Of a stretch of 64,000 nucleotides of DNA, positions 60,472 to 64,000 are shown in pieces (the stretch's first letter is position 1; each line of letters opens with the position of its first letter). Source of the stretch: Thermoproteota archaeon (lineage in GTDB: Archaea; Thermoproteota; Bathyarchaeia; RBG-16-48-13; GCA-020355125); the NCBI GenBank assembly GCA_030837285.1, contig JAUPKU010000162.1, positions 22,274-86,273 on the forward strand, read 5' to 3'. The position numbers and the translations under genes were made by a program. The notes beneath the pieces are model-generated. The model was not told where the DNA came from and made no database searches. It was given only the letters and a program-made list of their open reading frames with translations.

Positions 60472-62250
60472 TTGAATCAGAAAATCGTAAAAATTGATGG
60501 GAAGTTGAGGAGTAACTACATTTTTAGAATCCTCAGCTATCTTAAGCCTTACTGGAAGACTATCATAATAGCCATTGTACTACTAGTTGTATCGGTTGCA
60601 GCTGATTTGGCAATTCCCTCTTTGATTCGGAGGATCATTGACCTTGGTATCACTCCTAAAGACTTAGATGTGATCAGGATGACGACTTTGCTTATGATTT
60701 TAATCGCAGTCTTAGAGGCCATTGCCTCAATAGGCAATACATTTCTTTCTGTAAGGGTGGCTCAGAGCTTTGCCGCCAGAGTTAGAGCTGAAGCTTTCCA
60801 TAAAATACAGAAATTTAGTTTTGGAAACCTTGACAGATTCCTGACTGGACAGATTATTGTCCGCCTCACAAGCGATATAAACATGGTTCAGATGATGGTG
60901 ATGATAGCGCTCAGAATGTTCATCCGTGCCCCCATAATGGTGACAGGTAGCATCGCCCTTATGTTCATTATAAATGCCCAATTGACGGAGATTATCCTTT
61001 TGATTCTACCACTGACACTTGTTTTATCTGTCCTATTTATTGTGAGGGCGCAGCCAATGTTTCTTGAGGTTCAGAGGAGGTTGGATAGATTGAACTCGGT
61101 ACTGCAGGAGAATCTTGCAGGCGTTAGGGTTGTTAAAGCCTTTGTTAGAACCGATCATGAGTCTAAAAGATTTGAGAAGGCTAATGTCGCCCTAACAAAC
61201 CAAAATACTAAGGTTCTGACTATGTTTTCCTTCCTATTTCCGTCGATGCAGATAATTATCAACTTAAGTATCCTGAGTGTATTGTGGTTCGGTGGATTAC
61301 AGGTTGCTGAGGGGAGCTTCAGTATCGGAGAAATTTTAGCCTTCGCCAACTACCTTCTAACAGCAATTATGCCATTGTTGTTTCTTGCAATGATGGCGAG
61401 TCAGTTGTCTGCAGCGAACGCTTCTGCTCAGCGAATCTACGAGATCATAGATGTTGAACCTGAGGTAAAAGATAAGCCCGATGCAAAGACTCTGCATGAT
61501 ATAAAGGGACAAGTCGTATTCGATAATGTCTGCTTCAATTATAACGGAAACTCTGGAGAGCTTGTACTCCAGAACATTAACCTCATTGCTGAGCCTGGTC
61601 AGACTATAGCTATTTTAGGCGCCACAGGCTCAGGTAAATCTTCCTTAATCGACCTAATACCAAGGTTTTACGATGTGGTAGAGGGCAGTGTGAAGGTTGA
61701 TGGTATAGATGTTAGAGATGTAACTGTCAGATCCCTTCGATCAAACATCGGCATTGCACTGCAGGAAGCTATTCTTTTCAGTGGAACTATAAGAGAAAAT
61801 ATAAGATTTGGAAAGCCTGAAGCTTCAGACCAAGAGGTCGAAGCCGCAGCAAAGGCAGCTCAAGCACACGAGTTCATAATGAGCTTTCCAAAAGGTTACG
61901 ACTCAGACGTTGGTGAAAGAGGCGCTGGCCTCTCAGGCGGACAGAAACAGAGGATTAGCATAGCTAGAGCATTGCTTGTACAACCAAAGATATTGATTTT
62001 GGATGACAGCACAAGCTCTGTAGATGTAGAGAACGAAGCTAAAATCCAAGAGCAACTTGATAAGTTGATGGAGAATAGAACCTCCTTCATCATAGCTCAG
62101 CGAATAAGCACTGTTCTCAAGGCAGATAAAATAATTGTGCTTGACAAGGGGCAGATAGCTGCAGAGGGCACACATGAAGAACTGATGAAGTCAAGCTCTA
62201 TTTACAAAGAGATATACGATTCTCAGCTAGGAGGAGGATTCCGCTCATGA
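60472..62250 (+). CDS. ABC exporter half-transporter, degenerate-site subunit (paralogue of 38464-40281)
   Basis: Has Walker A GATGSGKSS, signature LSGGQKQR and Walker B ILILDDS (Asp for Glu). Confidence 0.9.
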   Translation: MNQKIVKIDGKLRSNYIFRILSYLKPYWKTIIIAIVLLVVSVAADLAIPSLIRRIIDLGITPKDLDVIRMTTLLMILIAVLEAIASIGNTFLSVRVAQSFAARVRAEAFHKIQKFSFGNLDRFLTGQIIVRLTSDINMVQMMVMIALRMFIRAPIMVTGSIALMFIINAQLTEIILLILPLTLVLSVLFIVRAQPMFLEVQRRLDRLNSVLQENLAGVRVVKAFVRTDHESKRFEKANVALTNQNTKVLTMFSFLFPSMQIIINLSILSVLWFGGLQVAEGSFSIGEILAFANYLLTAIMPLLFLAMMASQLSAANASAQRIYEIIDVEPEVKDKPDAKTLHDIKGQVVFDNVCFNYNGNSGELVLQNINLIAEPGQTIAILGATGSGKSSLIDLIPRFYDVVEGSVKVDGIDVRDVTVRSLRSNIGIALQEAILFSGTIRENIRFGKPEASDQEVEAAAKAAQAHEFIMSFPKGYDSDVGERGAGLSGGQKQRISIARALLVQPKILILDDSTSSVDVENEAKIQEQLDKLMENRTSFIIAQRISTVLKADKIIVLDKGQIAAEGTHEELMKSSSIYKEIYDSQLGGGFRS

Positions 62251-64000
62251 GTAGTCATGAATCTCAAAATACTAGACCAAGAGGTCCGATAGGCCCTGGG
62301 GGGCGAGGAGGGCCCTTCTCAATGGATGTTGGTAGAGCAAAGAATCCTACAACAACACTCCTCAGACTTTCACTCTATCTTCTTAGATCAAAGTTACGCC
62401 TTCTCTTTATCGGATTATTTGTTGTTATAGGAACGGTGGCCTCTGTACTTGGTCCTTATTATATCGGTAGAGCAATAGACCAGTACATTAGGGTAGGAGA
62501 TGTGCAAGGCCTTTTAGGAATAGTTTTTCTTCTTCTGGGAATCTACCTGACGGCCTATATAGCGAATGCCCTCCAATCCGCTCTTATGGCTAGGGTGGCA
62601 CAGCAAGTGCTTAAACAACTTAGAAAAGAACTTTTCGAGAACCTCCAAACTCTTGACCTCAGTTTCTTTGACAAGCATACGCAAGGAGAACTTATGAGCA
62701 GGCTCACGAACGACATAGATGTCGTTAACACTGCTCTGAGTCAGAGTATAACCCAGCTCATATCCAGCTTCCTTTCTATATTCCTGATATTAGTCACGAT
62801 GTTCGTTCTAAATGCGTGGCTTGCTCTCGGAAGTCTCTTGGTATTCCCGTTGATGGTGTTTGTCACGGTTTTCATCGGTAGCAGAACTCTCTCTGGCTTC
62901 AGAGGTCTTCAAAGCATCCTCGGCCGTCTTAATGGAACCATGGAGGAGACCATAAGCGGTGAACGCGTGGTTTTAGCCTTTGGTAGACAAGACGGGGTCA
63001 TAAAAAACTTTGACGAGGCAAACGAAGCCGTTAGAAAGCTTGCCATCCGAGCGAACAGCTATGCATTCGTCATAATGCCCCTTTTGAACATTATGGGTTC
63101 CATAGCGGTTGCTGTTGTAGCTGGTCTAGGAGGTTGGATGGCACTTCAGAACTTGGTCACAGTTGGAGTAATAACCAGCTTTATACTGTATGCTAGAAAC
63201 TTTACTCAGCCCCTTCAGCAGCTCGCTAACCTCTATAATACCATACAGTCTGCCTTAGCAGGCGCGGAACGGATTTTCGAAATTATTGACATGAGGTCTG
63301 AGATAAAGGATAAGTCAGATGCCATACCTCTTAAGGAGATAGTGGGCGATGTAGTTTTTGAGCATGTTGACTTCAGCTACGACCGAAAGACGCCTGTTCT
63401 TAGAAACGTCAGTTTTCATGCAGAGCCAGGACAGATAGTGGCATTAGTCGGTCCAACAGGAGCAGGAAAGACTACGATGGTGAATGTTCTTGGTAGGTTC
63501 TACGACATACAAGGAGGCTCAATCAAAATCGATGGAATTGACATAAAGGATATCTCTGCGGACAGTTTGAGAAGGCAGCTTGGTACAGTTCTTCAAGATA
63601 ACTTCTTATTCGCCGACACCGTAATGGCGAATATCAGGTATGGCAATTTAGAGGCAACAGACGAGGAATGTATTGCCGCTGCCAAGCTTGCGAATGCTGA
63701 TCAATTTATCACTCGCCTTCCTAAAGGATATGCGACTATGTTAATTGAGAGAGGAAGTAATCTCAGCCAAGGCCAGCGCCAACTCTTAGCCATTGCCCGA
63801 GCTGTTGTAGCGAACCCTAAGATTTTGGTGCTTGACGAGGCAACCAGCAATGTTGATACACGCACAGAGATTAGGATACAGGATGCCCTCCTTCAACTAA
63901 TGAAGGGTCGGACGAGTTTCGTCATTGCCCACCGCCTGAGCACCATTAGGAAAGCAGACCAGGTTCTGGTAATCCGAGATGGAGAGATAATTGAGCGGGG
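62247..64000 (+). CDS. ABC exporter half-transporter, consensus-site subunit, 3'-partial (paralogue of 40283-42145)
   Basis: The ATG overlaps the upstream TGA (ATGA at 62247-62250). Has the Gly/Pro-rich N-tail RGPIGPGGRGGP, GPTGAGKTT, a degenerate signature LSQGQRQ and ILVLDEAT. The frame is open to the window end, so it is not in the ORF track. Confidence 0.9.
   Translation, partial: MSSHESQNTRPRGPIGPGGRGGPFSMDVGRAKNPTTTLLRLSLYLLRSKLRLLFIGLFVVIGTVASVLGPYYIGRAIDQYIRVGDVQGLLGIVFLLLGIYLTAYIANALQSALMARVAQQVLKQLRKELFENLQTLDLSFFDKHTQGELMSRLTNDIDVVNTALSQSITQLISSFLSIFLILVTMFVLNAWLALGSLLVFPLMVFVTVFIGSRTLSGFRGLQSILGRLNGTMEETISGERVVLAFGRQDGVIKNFDEANEAVRKLAIRANSYAFVIMPLLNIMGSIAVAVVAGLGGWMALQNLVTVGVITSFILYARNFTQPLQQLANLYNTIQSALAGAERIFEIIDMRSEIKDKSDAIPLKEIVGDVVFEHVDFSYDRKTPVLRNVSFHAEPGQIVALVGPTGAGKTTMVNVLGRFYDIQGGSIKIDGIDIKDISADSLRRQLGTVLQDNFLFADTVMANIRYGNLEATDEECIAAAKLANADQFITRLPKGYATMLIERGSNLSQGQRQLLAIARAVVANPKILVLDEATSNVDTRTEIRIQDALLQLMKGRTSFVIAHRLSTIRKADQVLVIRDGEIIER

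Overview
Archaeal chromosomal segment. The archaeal assignment rests on TFB (51186-52106), a 5'-partial archaeosine TGT-family enzyme (2-1255), archaeal-type PPAT, type-2 MetAP, an Nre repair protein with a C-terminal PIP box, an Lhr helicase and a stand-alone 5S rRNA (33031-33150, minus). By eye the window has three parts. (i) About 1.3-30 kb is AT-richer and looks accessory. It holds a Cys-free archaeosortase-like gene overlapping a processive GT2 synthase, one intact and one decayed PEF-CTERM surface protein gene, a CPBP protease, a bacterial-type metK, a cluster of VOC/PhnB/SnoaL-type genes, Nre, and many decayed genes with in-frame stops and frameshifts. (ii) About 30-47 kb looks like core genome: PPAT, MetAP, a DUF1512-like operon, 5S rRNA, a metallophosphoesterase-SWIM-Lhr cluster, Lrp/AsnC divergent from an asymmetric heterodimeric ABC exporter pair, an Ldh_2 dehydrogenase and an ABC-2 transporter. 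(iii) About 47-64 kb is mixed: a URO-D family pseudogene, MFS, TFB, surface or adhesin-like proteins, a small zinc-ribbon protein missed by the ORF track, flavodoxin, RNase HI, and a second paralogous ABC exporter pair running off the 3' edge. I found no tRNA, CRISPR array, transposase or integrase. The most interesting items are the sortase-synthase operon with its PEF-CTERM cargo, the density of decayed genes and their Trp-to-stop pattern, a recurrent CGCGCTA-type motif in the AT-rich spacers, the MPE-SWIM-Lhr cluster, and a perfect inverted repeat at the Lrp/ABC divergent promoter. All family assignments come from reading motifs in the translations; no database search was run.
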